DNA of 64,000 nucleotides. Origin: an uncultured Spirochaetota bacterium (lineage in GTDB: Bacteria > Spirochaetota > Spirochaetia > SZUA-6 > Fen-1364). The position numbers and the translations under genes were made by a program. This document shows positions 18,657 through 31,669 of the stretch, piece after piece (the first letter of the stretch is position 1; each line of letters opens with the position of its first letter). The stretch is from NCBI GenBank assembly GCA_963745235.1, contig CAVUXE010000099.1, positions 1 through 64,000 on the forward strand, in the 5' to 3' direction. The notes below the pieces were generated by a model. The model ran no database searches and was not told the DNA's origin. It saw nothing but the letters and a program-made list of their open reading frames with translations.

Positions 18657-19883
18657 TGAGATTTACCACGCTTCGCATCGCGTTTCGCAACTTCACGAGA
18701 AACGGCAGGCGCTTTCTGCTCCTCGGGCTTGCCGTGTGCGCGGGGTTCTTCTTCGTCTGCACCGTGCAGAGCCTCGTGGGAGGGCTTTCCTACCAGATCA
18801 ACACCCGGGGCGCCCGGTTCTACGGCGGCCATGTCATCATACGGACCCAGGACAACGTGGACCTCACTCCGACTCGGGAGGAGGCGGCAATCAAGGATGC
18901 CATTGCCAGGACCGGCGTCCATCCGGCGGTCGTTTCCCACAGGACGCATTTCGGCAACGTGGGCGGCATAGACGGAGAGGTGTTTTTCAACGGGGAGTCG
19001 CTTCGCATCCGGCGGATCATCGGCTGCGACTGGTCCAGCGAAGGCCCCAAGATCAGCGAGATGCAGTTCATCTCTGGGAATCCGGGCGATATGAAAGACC
19101 CAACCGGCGTCCTGATCTCTGATATCACCGCGCGGCGCCTCGGTGCTTCCGTGGGGGACCAGATCATCCTCCAGGTCATCCGCGAGGGAGGCGCCATCAA
19201 CACCGTTCCCGTCTGGGTCAAAGCGATTTTCCACGAGGCGAGCATATTCGGCTATTACACCGCCTACATGGACAGGAGCACGCTGGACCAGACCCTTGGG
19301 CATGGATCCGCGGCACGCCGCTACAGTGGGCCTCTACCTGGGGGACTACCGGAGCGCTGGCCGGGTGGCTTCCCGGCTTGCGGCTGCCCTGGGGCCGGAC
19401 TTCGTGGTCACGCCCGTTGTCGGCCTCATGCCGGAAATACGGACCATGCTGGAGGCGTTGACGCTGGTCAGTTATGCAATCCTCGCCCTGCTGGCCGTTG
19501 TGATTGCCGTGGGCATCCTCAACATGTATCGCGTGATCATCTACGAGCGGACCCGGGAGATCGGCACCATGCGGGCAATCGGCGTGCAGAAGCCGCAGGT
19601 CCGGGATATCGTTCTCTGGGAGGCGTTTCTCCTTGCGCTCTGCGGGATCATCGCGGGCCTTGCCCTGAGCGTGGTGGTGCTCGCGGCCATCGGGAGGATC
19701 CCGTTGAGCGGCGCGGCGGGTTTCGATATCTTTCTGGATCGCGGGCACCTGGGCTGGGTGCTGTACCCGGATGTCGTCGGCCTTGATGCGGTCCTCATCG
19801 CAATCATCACCGTGCTGGGCGCCCTGAGCCCTGCCCGCGCGGCCCAGGCCATCGAGCCGGTGGTTGCAATCAGAGCGGAATGA
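18653..19883 (+). CDS. Second FtsX/LolE-family ABC permease; frameshift ~19300
   Basis: IAFRNFTR and ERTREIGTMRAIG..PARAAQAIEPVVAIR; merged ORFs. Confidence 0.82.
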
Positions 19884-20683
19884 ACTGGAGTGATATGCGA
19901 ACATCTCGTTTCATGCTGATTCTCGCAGCCTGCACGCTGCTCAGCGTTCAAACTGCGAACTCCCAGGAAAACAGTGCTCCTGATTTCCACCAGCTTCTCA
20001 AGAGGGCGGACTCCCTGGTCACCTTTCCAGACACTGACTTCTCAGCGCTCTACAGCTTTGTCCAGGAGACGCCGGGGCAGGGGAGCAGCTCCAAGCAGGC
20101 CATGGTTTTCAGGAGGGATCAAAACAACACGTACCTGATTGTCATCACCGATCCCCCGGAGGACCGCGGCAAGGGGTACCTCAAGTACGGCAACGACCTG
20201 TGGTACTACGACCCCGTGTCGCGCAGGTTCACCTTCACCAGCGCCAAGGACAGGTTCCAGAACATGAACGCCAGGAACTCGGACTTCACGCGATCCAACC
20301 TGGCCGGAGACTACAAGGTTACCGGTTCCCAGCGTGCAAAGCTCGGCATCTACGACTGCTGGCTTCTCGACATGGAGGCCACCAGCAGCGACATCACGTT
20401 CCCGAAGATGAAGCTCTGGATCAGTGACGACGGCCTTGTCCGAAAGACGGAAGACTACAGCTACTCGGGCCAGCACCTGCGCACCGTGGCCTTTCCGCGC
20501 TACCTGGAGATCGGCGGCCGCTACTTTCCCTCCCTCGTCGTGATCGTGGATGAGCTTCGCGGCGCGACGATAAATGGAGTCTTCCAGCACGAAAGGACCA
20601 CGTACACCGTGACTCGTCCGTCCCTGCAGCGTCTTCCTGACGCCACCTTCACCAAGACATGGCTGGAGAAGCTCAGTGAATAG
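19880..20683 (+). CDS. LolA-like outer-membrane lipoprotein-sorting protein
   Basis: Signal peptide; P.EDRGKGYLK..DLWYYDP, NARNSDF, LPDATFTKTWLE; typical partner of FtsX permease pairs. Confidence 0.72.
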   Translation: MNWSDMRTSRFMLILAACTLLSVQTANSQENSAPDFHQLLKRADSLVTFPDTDFSALYSFVQETPGQGSSSKQAMVFRRDQNNTYLIVITDPPEDRGKGYLKYGNDLWYYDPVSRRFTFTSAKDRFQNMNARNSDFTRSNLAGDYKVTGSQRAKLGIYDCWLLDMEATSSDITFPKMKLWISDDGLVRKTEDYSYSGQHLRTVAFPRYLEIGGRYFPSLVVIVDELRGATINGVFQHERTTYTVTRPSLQRLPDATFTKTWLEKLSE

Positions 20684-22171
20684 GCTGCTCGGGACGGTCC
20701 TCCTCTGCGGCGCTTTCGCGCTGGCGGGCCAGGCGTTGTGCGGCCAGGCGCAATCATCCCAGGATCAGTCATCCCAGACCCAGTCATCGTCGGGCTCGGA
20801 CAACATCGACAACCTTTTCAACGGGGGAGCGACGGGGACGACGGGAGCGCGGCTCAACGGGGACAACGGGGACGCAGCAGCAGGGGCAGCAGACTCCGGG
20901 CCGGCGCAGCAGCAGCCCGCCGCAGCGGGCCAGGCGCAGGCGCCGGCATCTTCCTCGGGGGCCGTTCGGCCTGATGACATCCTGAACGACCACAAGCTCC
21001 ACTTCTTCGGGTCCCTGGATCTCTACGGGAACGTCGGCGGGGGCCTGCAGGAGACTCCGGATTTTTCTCTCATTCGGAAACAGCTTCGGATACGACGTCG
21101 GTGGTTCATTCACTGCGGCGCTGGGGTTTGAGATCAGGCCCGCCACGGAGCTTCGCATCCGCGGCAAGCTGACCTATTCATTTCCCGGCTTTGAGCCCAG
21201 CGCCCTGCCCGAGCTGTCGGAAATGTTCTTCGATTACTCGGTGCTGGATGCGGTGTTTTTTCGAATAGGCATTTTCGATTACACGTGGGGCAATTCCCAG
21301 TTTTTCCAGTTCGGCAACCTGCCGGCCCGGAGCCTGCCCGGGGTGGGGCGGACTGAGCACGCTGCCCTTGTGGGCGCAGACCAACCTGCTCACTACCATC
21401 CCCACGCAGAACTACCCGGTGTCCCTCAAGATGAACATTCCCATGGGCTTCAACACGCTGACCCTTCTCGCCAGGTTCGACCTGCTCAACTACGGGAATC
21501 CTCCCATGGGGACATCGCCCAGCCCCAAGGACGCCGGCTACGGAATAGAGTACGACCTGGTGACCGGACCCATCGAGTGGAGCCTTGCCGGCTACTACCA
21601 GTGGCAGCTCAATCCACGGACGCTGCTCGCGCTCAAGACGAGCATCCTCGGGTTCGACGTGTCCGCGGAAGGCACCCTGGCATCACCGGTTTCGATCAAC
21701 CGTTTCGCCATCTCCTCCGACACCACTCCGGGCGGAGGGATCTACGTCGGGGGAGCGCTGCAGTACATCTATCCCACTGCTGTTGTGGGAGTTTCCCGGG
21801 AATGGACGGATGCCGGCATCAAGGTCTACGCGGAATATGGCTACAACGGAGAAAGGGCTCCGGGAGAGTCATGGCTTCTGGACGAATCGGGCCCCGGCGG
21901 CCATAACTCCGCGATGGGCGCGCGATTCAGCAATCTGAACGGCTCCGGAATGACTCTGAACGTTCTCTGGCAGCAGAACTGGTCCGATGGTTCGGGCCTC
22001 GTTGCGCCGTTCATCGAGTTTTCTCCGGTGGGCCTGGCATCCATCCAGGTCGGCATTCCTTACCTGTGGGGCTCCAGGACGAGCGAGGTCGCATCGAACC
22101 GCCTGGTGCCTGGCAGCCAGGGAGTCGAGCTTCTCATTCTTGTCAAGATAAGCCAGAGCTTCCGCCAATGA
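20676..22171 (+). CDS. Exported, probable outer-membrane beta-barrel protein; 2-3 frameshifts
   Basis: Signal peptide, Q/S/A/G-rich linker, amphipathic strands; merged ORFs 20676-21131, 21223-21360, 21368-22171. Confidence 0.5.
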
Positions 22172-23170
22172 GCGTCGTGACCGTTATTGGCGGTTCGGGC
22201 TTCATAGGCACGGAGCTGGTGAGACAGCTCCTCGGCTCAGGGCGCAAAGTCCGGATTGTCGACAAAGCAAAAAGCGGAACGTATCCGGACCTGTGGACGT
22301 TCGCGGACGTCCGGGATGCATCCACGCTCACCTCTGCGGCTCAGAGGGTCCGAGGTTGTATACAACCTTGCGGCGGAGCACAAAGACAATGTCCGACCGC
22401 GCTCCTTGTACGACGAGGTGAACGTCACGGGTGCGCGCAACGTCTGCAGCGCGGCGCAGGAGCTGTCCATTCGGACCATCGTGTTCACAAGCTCCGTTGC
22501 GGTCTACGGGTTCGCGGAGCCTGACATCGATGAGTCCGGGCCGCTGAACCCGTTCAACGAGTATGGCCGCACAAAGATGCTTGCTGAAAACGTCTACCGG
22601 GAATGGCTTTCGAATGACCCCGGCCGCTCGCTGGTGATTGTGCGGCCAACCGTGGTATTCGGTCCTCGCAACCGCGGAAATGTTTACAATCTTCTCCGCC
22701 AGATGGCTTCGGGCCGGTTTGTGATGGTGGGGAACGGGAAGAATGTAAAGTCGATGGCTTTCGTGGAAAATGTCGCCGGCTTCCTGGCGGCAGCGGCCGC
22801 GCTGGGACCCGGGGAGCACCTTGTCAATTACATCGACAAGCCAGATTTCTCGATGGGTGAGCTTGTCGCGCTGGTGAACGCACGCCTTGGCCGTACCGCG
22901 GGCATCAAAGTCCGCGTTCCCTACGGGCTCGGCTATGCGGGCGGGCTGCTGGCGGATGTTGCGGCAAATCTTCTCAAGAGAGAGTTTCCCATCAGCGCGG
23001 TTCGCGTGAAGAAGTTCTGCGCAACAACGCAGTTCAGCTCATCTCGAATGGCTACCCTGGGCTTCACGCCGGCCGTAACGCTGCAGGAAGGGCTGGCACG
23101 AACCATTGCCTACGAGTTTCTCGGCGGCCGGGAGCGGGATGGATCGCTGCCGGTCTTTGAGAGCGAGTAG
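22168..23170 (+). CDS. NAD-dependent epimerase/dehydratase; frameshift ~22345
   Basis: IGGSGFIG, LAAEHKD, TSSVAVYG, YGRTK, RPTVVFGP.NRGNV. Confidence 0.82.
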
Positions 23171-23268
23171 GGACAGCACCGTTGAGCGGCTGTTTGATAT
23201 GAATGGACGCGACGATGAATCGTTGATAAGTTTACCCACAATGCTGCGAAAACCGTAAGGAGGTGTGC

Positions 23269-23727
23269 GTGACGAAACGTGCCCTGTTCTTCGTGCTCGC
23301 AATGGCGGCAACGGGAGTGCCGCTTCTCACGGCCCAGTCAAACGAGGTCCTGGACGCCGTTCTTGGCCAGGCAACGCTGAGCTACGGCAACGCGGCCTAC
23401 CTGGTAGGCACGGCGTCGGGGCACCTTCCCGAGACAGTCACTCCAGAGGATGCCGTACCGCAACTGGAGCAGGCGGGCCTGGGGTTGCCGGGCCGCAAGT
23501 CCACTGACCCGGTTTCCCTTGGGGACTTCTCCTACATGCTCACCCGAGCATTTGGCATAAGCGGGAGCATCATGTACTCCATCCTCCCCGGCCCGCGCTA
23601 CGCCACGCGTGAGCTCGCCTACCTTGAGATCATTTCCGGGCCAGCCAAGCCCGGCATGTCGCTCTCCGGCGAGCGCGCCCTCAGGATCCTCGAGCAGATC
23701 ATTCACCGCAGGGAGGCCGCCCAATGA
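23269..23727 (+). CDS. Exported hypothetical protein
   Basis: SD TAAGGAGGT, signal peptide, MYSILPGPRYATREL motif; first gene of cluster. Confidence 0.6.
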   Translation: MTKRALFFVLAMAATGVPLLTAQSNEVLDAVLGQATLSYGNAAYLVGTASGHLPETVTPEDAVPQLEQAGLGLPGRKSTDPVSLGDFSYMLTRAFGISGSIMYSILPGPRYATRELAYLEIISGPAKPGMSLSGERALRILEQIIHRREAAQ

Positions 23728-25016
23728 GAACCATCGTCGTGCTCGTGGCCGTCCTTGCCCTCGGCCTGGCGGCCGGCGTCGCCTTTGCCGTAGACACGGA
23801 TTTCGGCATCAACCTGGATACCTCGACGTTCCTGAGCAGCGGGGACATCGACACCACGTATTACAGCCAGTACAAGGCGGCCATCTGGGGTGAGTTGTTC
23901 CAGGAAATGAGCAAGGGAGGGTCCCTGGATCTCACGGGCCAGGGAAGTTATCGATACACGGCGCTTCGTCCCTATATCGTGGACATCGATCTCTTGCGGT
24001 TCAAGGGCCTTTTTTCCGAGGCACTCGGCGCTGGCACCGCGATAGAGTTGACCGCGGGACGGTTCAATTTCAGTGACACGACAAAGCTGATCCTTGATCA
24101 GACGCTGGACGGCGTTCAGGTCAGGTTCCTGTTCTCTGGTTTCCAGGTACGGCTTGCAGGCTCCTATTCAGGCCTCATCCTGAACCCCAGCTCCAACGTT
24201 CGAATCTCCGCGGACGACATTGCTGAGACAAACAACAATTCGGTCTTTTTCGGCCCAAGCCGACTCATTACGCAGGCGTTTGTCGGATCGGACGGATTTG
24301 GCCTGGAGGGCCTTGCCCAGTTCGACATGCGGGGGAGCGGCGCAGGGGAGCTCATCAATACACAGTACCTGGGCATTGTGGGCGTGCCCCGTCTCACGCC
24401 GGGCCTCTACCTTGACTACAACCTGACGGCAAGCTACGGACAGGACACGGTTGCGGCAAAGACGACGGACCTCGTCTCCGCCCTCGCGGGTCTTGGGGTG
24501 CGGCTGTACAGCGAGCGGCTCGCGGATTCCCGCGCTCACTTGAAGGTAAACTACGCCACGGGTTTCTCTCCGGTTGTCCTGCTTCTCAACAACCTCAGCG
24601 TGGACAACTTCCGTTCGATCAGCACGCCGACAATCGGACTCGCGTTCTCCCCGCCGCTGGCAAACCTTCTTTATGTGGATTTCGGATACTCGTTGCGGCC
24701 GTTTGCCGGCAATCCGTCTCCTATTCTGTCCAACATCGAACCGCTTGTCGGGGCTCGTGTCTTCTTCCGGGATCCCGTCCCCTTGCTGATCAGCGGGACG
24801 CCCGCAAGCCTCCAGGTGATTGACCTGAATCCCAGCTCCACTGAGCTATACTTAGGTACGGAGATCGATGTGGGTGTGGCGGCTCGCTTGTTCTCCGATC
24901 TGGGCGTGTCAATTACGGGGGGAGTATTCGTGCCCTCCACCGGGCCTACCGCCGCGTTTACGTCGAACCGGGGGCTCGGATACGCGCTCAAGATCGATCT
25001 CTCTGCCGCCATTTAG
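23724..25016 (+). CDS. Probable outer-membrane beta-barrel protein
   Basis: Signal peptide, alternating strands, AGRFNFSD, YLGTEIDV, terminal strand. Confidence 0.55.
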   Translation: MRTIVVLVAVLALGLAAGVAFAVDTDFGINLDTSTFLSSGDIDTTYYSQYKAAIWGELFQEMSKGGSLDLTGQGSYRYTALRPYIVDIDLLRFKGLFSEALGAGTAIELTAGRFNFSDTTKLILDQTLDGVQVRFLFSGFQVRLAGSYSGLILNPSSNVRISADDIAETNNNSVFFGPSRLITQAFVGSDGFGLEGLAQFDMRGSGAGELINTQYLGIVGVPRLTPGLYLDYNLTASYGQDTVAAKTTDLVSALAGLGVRLYSERLADSRAHLKVNYATGFSPVVLLLNNLSVDNFRSISTPTIGLAFSPPLANLLYVDFGYSLRPFAGNPSPILSNIEPLVGARVFFRDPVPLLISGTPASLQVIDLNPSSTELYLGTEIDVGVAARLFSDLGVSITGGVFVPSTGPTAAFTSNRGLGYALKIDLSAAI

Positions 25017-25024
25017 GGGGTTCT

Positions 25025-25690
25025 ATGAAAGGGATCGGAATTGCGATCATAATCGCATTGGCACTCGTTGTGGCAGTCGTTCAAGCAGGTGCTCAAGCCC
25101 GAGCGGTGTTGAGCTCCGTCTCGGGGAAGGTCGAGATCAAGAGTCCCGGAGAACAAACCTGGCAGGCAGCGACCGTTGGAATGGAGGTGCCCATCAAGGC
25201 CACCATTTCCACGGGTTTTGACGGCCGCGCAGTTCTCACGCTGGGGGCCTCGACCCTGACGGTCCGTCCGCTCACGCGGCTTCGCCTTGACGAGCTTTCC
25301 ACGCAGAACAACGTCACCAGGACGAACCTCGTAATGCCGGTGGGTCGAATCCGGGCCGAGGTGAAGTCAACGGACGGCTCAAAGAACGACTTCACTGTGC
25401 ATAGCGCTCTTTCTACGGCAGCCGTGCGCGGCACCGGCTTCGAGACGGACGGCGTTAACTTGACCGTCTTCGAGTCTATTGTCGCCTTCCTGTCTCAGTC
25501 CGGCATCGGCATCAACGTGCACAACGGGGAGACGGGCGTCTCCGCGGACGGCGGCTCTCCATCCGGAGGCGCCGATCAGCTGGACCTTGATATGGCCGTG
25601 GACACGGAGACCTCGGGCACGGGCGCAGGCGGACTGGTCGGGGGGCTGCCCGGACATGGCGTGGGCACCATCACCGTGACCTACCAGTAG
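25025..25690 (+). CDS. FecR-domain protein (exported)
   Basis: Signal/TM, VSGKVEIK, ISTGFDGRA, TAAVRGTGF. Confidence 0.75.
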   Translation: MKGIGIAIIIALALVVAVVQAGAQARAVLSSVSGKVEIKSPGEQTWQAATVGMEVPIKATISTGFDGRAVLTLGASTLTVRPLTRLRLDELSTQNNVTRTNLVMPVGRIRAEVKSTDGSKNDFTVHSALSTAAVRGTGFETDGVNLTVFESIVAFLSQSGIGINVHNGETGVSADGGSPSGGADQLDLDMAVDTETSGTGAGGLVGGLPGHGVGTITVTYQ

Positions 25691-25715
25691 CCGCGTCATG
25701 AAGAGGAGAACGGAT

Positions 25716-26382
25716 ATGAAAGACGAAGATCGGCTTGCGCGCACGCGTCGTAGGGATCGTCATTGCCGCGGCGTTGCTGGCCAGCTGCTATGCGCCCCTT
25801 GCAGACCAGAATGGCTACCTCAACTTGATCCTCGCTGCCGCCGGCCCAATCTGGCATTGCCGCCACGCCGACCACGGCGATAGTGATGGTCGTCGACTCA
25901 GACTACCAGGCAACACTTGCGGAGATGCTCTACCTGGTTTGCAAGGGCCTACAACCCAGACGAATGGCGGACCTTGGTCCAGCTCCGATGCTGACAGGCT
26001 CAAGACACTTGGTAAGCAACTGGCCACCAACGGCCTCGTGAGCTTCGGCGGCTATCCCTTCTACCAGGCAAACCTGACCTCGTCCACGGGATCCTTCGAT
26101 ATTCCTGGAGTTCCTGCTGGCAAGTCGTATTTCGTGAAGTTTTATCGTTCTCAACCAGAACACATCTTTCAGCAGTCCAGAGTATTGACGAGGGTTTCTG
26201 GAGCCTGATCCAGTCAGAGAACCAGGTGTTTAGCAATTTGTCACGGGGGGGCCTATTGGTGACAGCTCCCAGCGCCACCTCGTGGCAGACTTGGAATACT
26301 TTTGCTGCTGGCCAACCTGTCTCCGTGAGTGCGGGGCAGTCCGTCACTCTCCCCGTTGACGCTCGCCCCCACTATGCAGTGA
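25716..26382 (+). CDS. Putative lipoprotein; several frameshifts
   Basis: SD GAGGAG; lipobox AALLASC; coding fragments to ~26382, upstream of a terminator. Confidence 0.45.
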
Positions 26383-26412
26383 CAGGCAACATCGCACGGC
26401 CGGAGAATCACC

Positions 26413-26440
26413 AAAGGCGGGGCTGAGGCCCCGCCTTTTT
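26413..26440 (+). terminator. Intrinsic terminator
   Basis: AAAGGCGGGGC-TGAG-GCCCCGCCTTT followed by T-run. Confidence 0.75.
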
Positions 26441-26468
26441 GCAAAGCCCTGCTGACAAGGAGACAGAG

Positions 26469-29174
26469 TTGCTTTCAAAGCACCCCTTCGATTTCCTGGT
26501 CCCAGCGGTAGTCGTCATCCTTTTCGCCGCTCTCGGCATTGTCGGCGTCGTCACCCGCCTTGACGCGCGGGTCTACGACTTCTTCCTGCGCGTCCGCCCG
26601 ACAGTGGCGGAGGATCACTCGCTCCTGCTCGTGGACATAGACGACGCCGCCATTGCAAATGTCGGGGAATGGCCGTGGAGCCGTGACGTCATGGCCAACG
26701 GCCTCATCCTGATGCGGGAAATGGGAGCTGCGTCCGCCGTCTTCGATATTGAGTACGTCAACGCAAGCCCCCACGGCCTGGACACCCAGGCCCTGGCCAC
26801 CACGCTGCCGGACACATTCAGCCAGGAGTTCTCCCAGATCCAGACACACCAGCAGGATCTGCTCGATGCGCTCGCCTCGGGCCGTGTTCCGCTCCGGGAC
26901 GCGGGAAAGTACGCCTCTGACCTGAGGGACCTGGATGACCAGAGCAGGCAGCGCCTGCTGGATGCAGTGCAGGGCGTCGAGCGTGACAACGATGCGTTCC
27001 TCGGAAAAGCCGCGCGGTTCTTCGGCAACACCACGGTGACCGTTCACTGGAACAAGCGGCCGGACAATTCCGTGCCGAAAGATCTCCTGGACTATGTCCT
27101 TGCCAATCTCTCCGTGAAGAACATCGAGGTGCGGACCAGCACGCCGCCGCAGGCCGTGTCCCTGACGCCGACTATTCTCGCCGTTGCAAAAGGCGCGGCA
27201 AGCGCGGGATTTCCGAACGTGGATCCTGATCCGGACGGCGTGCGCCGCCGTGTGGACCTCATCAAGGCATACAAGGGCAAGTACTTCGCGCAGCTTGCCT
27301 TCGGCGGGCTCCTCCCGTGGCTCGGAAATCCGAAGGTGGTGCTGGGTCGCCGGTCCATCGTCCTGCAATCAGCAAATGTCCCGGGGAGCGGCCGCAGGGA
27401 CATCGTCATCCCCCTGACGCCCCAGGGCGCATTCCTGATCAACTGGCCTCACGAGGAATATCTCAAGAGCTTCCGGCATCTCTCGTTTTACGCTCTCTTC
27501 CGTGAAAACCAGCGCGAAGGGGACCTCCTTTACAACTTCAAGCTCATGGACCAGGCCGGCTACCTGACGTACGACAAGGACCAGCCAGGCCTGCTCAAGA
27601 GGTATGACGCGGCGGAGCGAATAAAGAACGACATCCTGAACGGAGGAAGCACCGACCAGGTCCCGCAGTACGTGAAGGCACGGTCAGAGTTCTTTGACGC
27701 CGCGGGCAGGTTCCTGAACGGCCCCGCGCAGGACCAGATCCTTGCAGACATCGACAGGCAGCTGGCGCAGAAAGGCATCACGGCGGACCAGCGGCAGAAC
27801 GCCGAACAGACCAGAGCCCAGGTGGTGGATTTCTTCACCAAGACGCGCAACGTGTACAAGGATGTCATGGACATTCGCAGTCTCCTCTCCAGCAGCCTCC
27901 CCGGCTCTTTCTGCATCATCGGAGTTTCCGCAACGTCCACGACGGATCTCGGGGTAACCCCGTTTGCCAGCATCTACGCGAACATGGGCCTCCATGCCGC
28001 CGTGGCGAACACCATCATCCAGGGTCAGTTTCTCCGCGAGGTTCCCTGGTGGTTCGGACTGATCCTCGCCGCCATCGTTGCCGCGGCCGCAACCTTCGCG
28101 ATCCTCGGGCTGACCCCGGCGCGCTCCATCGTGGTGGGCGCCGTTATCGTGCTGGTGGTCGCCGCTGTCCTGGTATTCGTTTTCCGGCAGACCGGAGTCT
28201 ACCTGGGGGCCGTCTCCCCGGTCAGCTCGGCGTTTCTGACTTTCATAGGCCTGACAGCCATCAAGTTCCTGCGGTCCGAGCGGGAAAAGGGTGAGGTGCG
28301 CAGCGCCTTCTCGCGATATGTCTCGCCCCGCGTCGTCAGTGACCTCCTTGCCAACCCCGAGAAGCTGAAACTCGGTGGTGAAAAAAGAGAGATGACCGCG
28401 ATATTCAGCGACGTGAAAGGGTTCTCGTCCATTTCCGAGGTTCTCGATCCTACCGAGCTGGTACGGCTCCTGAACGAATACCTGACGGTCATGAGCGACA
28501 TCATCTTGGACCTTGACGGAACGGTGGACAAGTACGAAGGGGATGCAATCATCGCCTTTTTCGGGGCCCCGCAGGATCTGCCGGATCACGCCGAGCGCGC
28601 GTGCCGCGCGGCCGTGAAGATGAGAAGAGCGGAAAAGATTCTCAACGAGCGCGTCATTGCCGAGAACCTTTCAAAATCCCCGCTGCTTACCCGGATCGGA
28701 ATCAACACGGGCAGCATGGTCGTGGGGAACATGGGCACACCACAGAAGATGAACTACACCATGATGGGGAATGCCGTGAACCTCGCCTCACGCCTGGAGG
28801 GAGTGAACAAGCAGTACGGCACCTGGATGATGATGAGCGAGGCTACCCACGACGCGGGCGGCAAGGACTTCTTCATGCGCAAGCTGGACAGGGTGAGGGT
28901 CGTTGGCATCAACGAGCCCGTCCGGCTCTACGAGCTGATAGAGGAAAAGGACGCCGTGGACAGGACCGTCGCGCAGGCAGTGGAGGTCTTTCAGGACGGG
29001 CTGCAGGATTTCGAGGCGAAAAATTGGAAGCTCGCTGCAGCCACGTTCAGGCGAGTCCTTACTATCCTCCCCACGGACGGGCCGGCACAGGTCTACCTCA
29101 AACGATGCCAGGCTTTCATGAGGAAACCGCCCGTGGAAGGCTGGGACGGAGTCTTCAAGCTGGAGACGAAATAG
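26469..29174 (+). CDS. CHASE2-domain class III adenylate cyclase with C-terminal TPR-like tail
   Basis: VDIDD..GEWPWSR, DPDGVRRR, 3 TM, FSDVKGF, VDKYEGDAI, RIGINTG, YTMMGNAVNLASRLEG, DGPA..YLKRC..WDGV. Confidence 0.9.
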   Translation: MLSKHPFDFLVPAVVVILFAALGIVGVVTRLDARVYDFFLRVRPTVAEDHSLLLVDIDDAAIANVGEWPWSRDVMANGLILMREMGAASAVFDIEYVNASPHGLDTQALATTLPDTFSQEFSQIQTHQQDLLDALASGRVPLRDAGKYASDLRDLDDQSRQRLLDAVQGVERDNDAFLGKAARFFGNTTVTVHWNKRPDNSVPKDLLDYVLANLSVKNIEVRTSTPPQAVSLTPTILAVAKGAASAGFPNVDPDPDGVRRRVDLIKAYKGKYFAQLAFGGLLPWLGNPKVVLGRRSIVLQSANVPGSGRRDIVIPLTPQGAFLINWPHEEYLKSFRHLSFYALFRENQREGDLLYNFKLMDQAGYLTYDKDQPGLLKRYDAAERIKNDILNGGSTDQVPQYVKARSEFFDAAGRFLNGPAQDQILADIDRQLAQKGITADQRQNAEQTRAQVVDFFTKTRNVYKDVMDIRSLLSSSLPGSFCIIGVSATSTTDLGVTPFASIYANMGLHAAVANTIIQGQFLREVPWWFGLILAAIVAAAATFAILGLTPARSIVVGAVIVLVVAAVLVFVFRQTGVYLGAVSPVSSAFLTFIGLTAIKFLRSEREKGEVRSAFSRYVSPRVVSDLLANPEKLKLGGEKREMTAIFSDVKGFSSISEVLDPTELVRLLNEYLTVMSDIILDLDGTVDKYEGDAIIAFFGAPQDLPDHAERACRAAVKMRRAEKILNERVIAENLSKSPLLTRIGINTGSMVVGNMGTPQKMNYTMMGNAVNLASRLEGVNKQYGTWMMMSEATHDAGGKDFFMRKLDRVRVVGINEPVRLYELIEEKDAVDRTVAQAVEVFQDGLQDFEAKNWKLAAATFRRVLTILPTDGPAQVYLKRCQAFMRKPPVEGWDGVFKLETK

Positions 29175-29276
29175 AGGTCAACGCTCCCGCTCGGCGTTTT
29201 GAGCGATACCACGGCTTCCTTGGCGGCCAGGAAAGGGAGGCTTCACAGCCCCTGTTCGACAGCGAATAGAAGGGAG

Positions 29277-30620
<1,344 letters not shown>

Positions 30621-30621
30621 C

Positions 30622-31659
30622 TCACCACTTCCTCAACCAGCCGTATCCGTTTGCCTTCAACACCTTCAAACCATCTCCCGGCGGTTTGAGCCCCGCGGCC
30701 TCCATGTCAGCATCCACCATGACTCGGACCAGGTCCCGAAAGCCAAGGCGGCTCTTCCATCCCAGCGCCTTTGAGGCCTTTGACGAGTCAGCGCAGAGCG
30801 CATCCACCTCAGTGGGCCGGAAATATCGCTCATCGATCTTCACGTGTTTTGCCGGATCCAGGCCGGCATAAGCGAAGGCCTCGTTGAGAAACTCCTGGAC
30901 GGAGTGAGTGTCTCCCGTGCCGATCACAAAATCGTCGGGCCTGTCCTGCTGAAGGATCATCCACATCGCTTCCACGTAGTCAGGCGCGAATCCCCAGTCC
31001 CTCTTGGCCGCCAGGTTCCCGAGGAAAAGTGTGTCCTCCTTCCCGGCTTTGATCCGGGCAATTGCCATGGTGATTTTTCTTGTTACAAACGTTTCCCCGC
31101 GGCGCGGGCTTTCGTGGTTGAAAAGGATTCCGTTCGTTGCGTACATCCCGTACGCCTCCCGATAGTTCACCGTCATCCAGTAAGCATACACCTTGGCCGC
31201 CGCATACGGGCTTCGGGGCCGAAAGGCGGTGGTTTCCGATTGAGGCGGAGGCGCCGCGCCGAACATCTCGCTGCTGGAGGCCTGATAGAACTTTGCCGGG
31301 ATTCCGCTTCGGCGCAGGGCCTCCAGCACGCGTGTTGTGCCCATGGCAGTCACGTCACCGGTGTATTCGGGGATATCGAAGCTGACGCGAACGTGGCTTT
31401 GCGCCCCGAGGTGATAGATCTCATCTGGCTTGATGTTGTAGAGGATATTGGTTATCTGGCCCGAGTCGCTCAAGTCTCCATAGTGGAGATGGAGGCGGGT
31501 TTCCGTGTGCGGATCCTGGTAGATGTGATCCACCCTCTGCGTGTTGAAAGTGCTGGCCCTGCGGATGATTCCGTGCACTTCGTAGCCCTTGGACAGGAGA
31601 AGCTCCGTGAGGTATGCGCCGTCCTGCCCGGTGATTCCCGTGATGAGCGCTTTTTTCAT
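30622..31659 (-). CDS. gmd: GDP-mannose 4,6-dehydratase
   Basis: [52 protein letters not shown]. Confidence 0.96.
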   Translation of the reverse strand: MKKALITGITGQDGAYLTELLLSKGYEVHGIIRRASTFNTQRVDHIYQDPHTETRLHLHYGDLSDSGQITNILYNIKPDEIYHLGAQSHVRVSFDIPEYTGDVTAMGTTRVLEALRRSGIPAKFYQASSSEMFGAAPPPQSETTAFRPRSPYAAAKVYAYWMTVNYREAYGMYATNGILFNHESPRRGETFVTRKITMAIARIKAGKEDTLFLGNLAAKRDWGFAPDYVEAMWMILQQDRPDDFVIGTGDTHSVQEFLNEAFAYAGLDPAKHVKIDERYFRPTEVDALCADSSKASKALGWKSRLGFRDLVRVMVDADMEAAGLKPPGDGLKVLKANGYGWLRKW

Positions 31660-31669
31660 GGTTGGAGAC

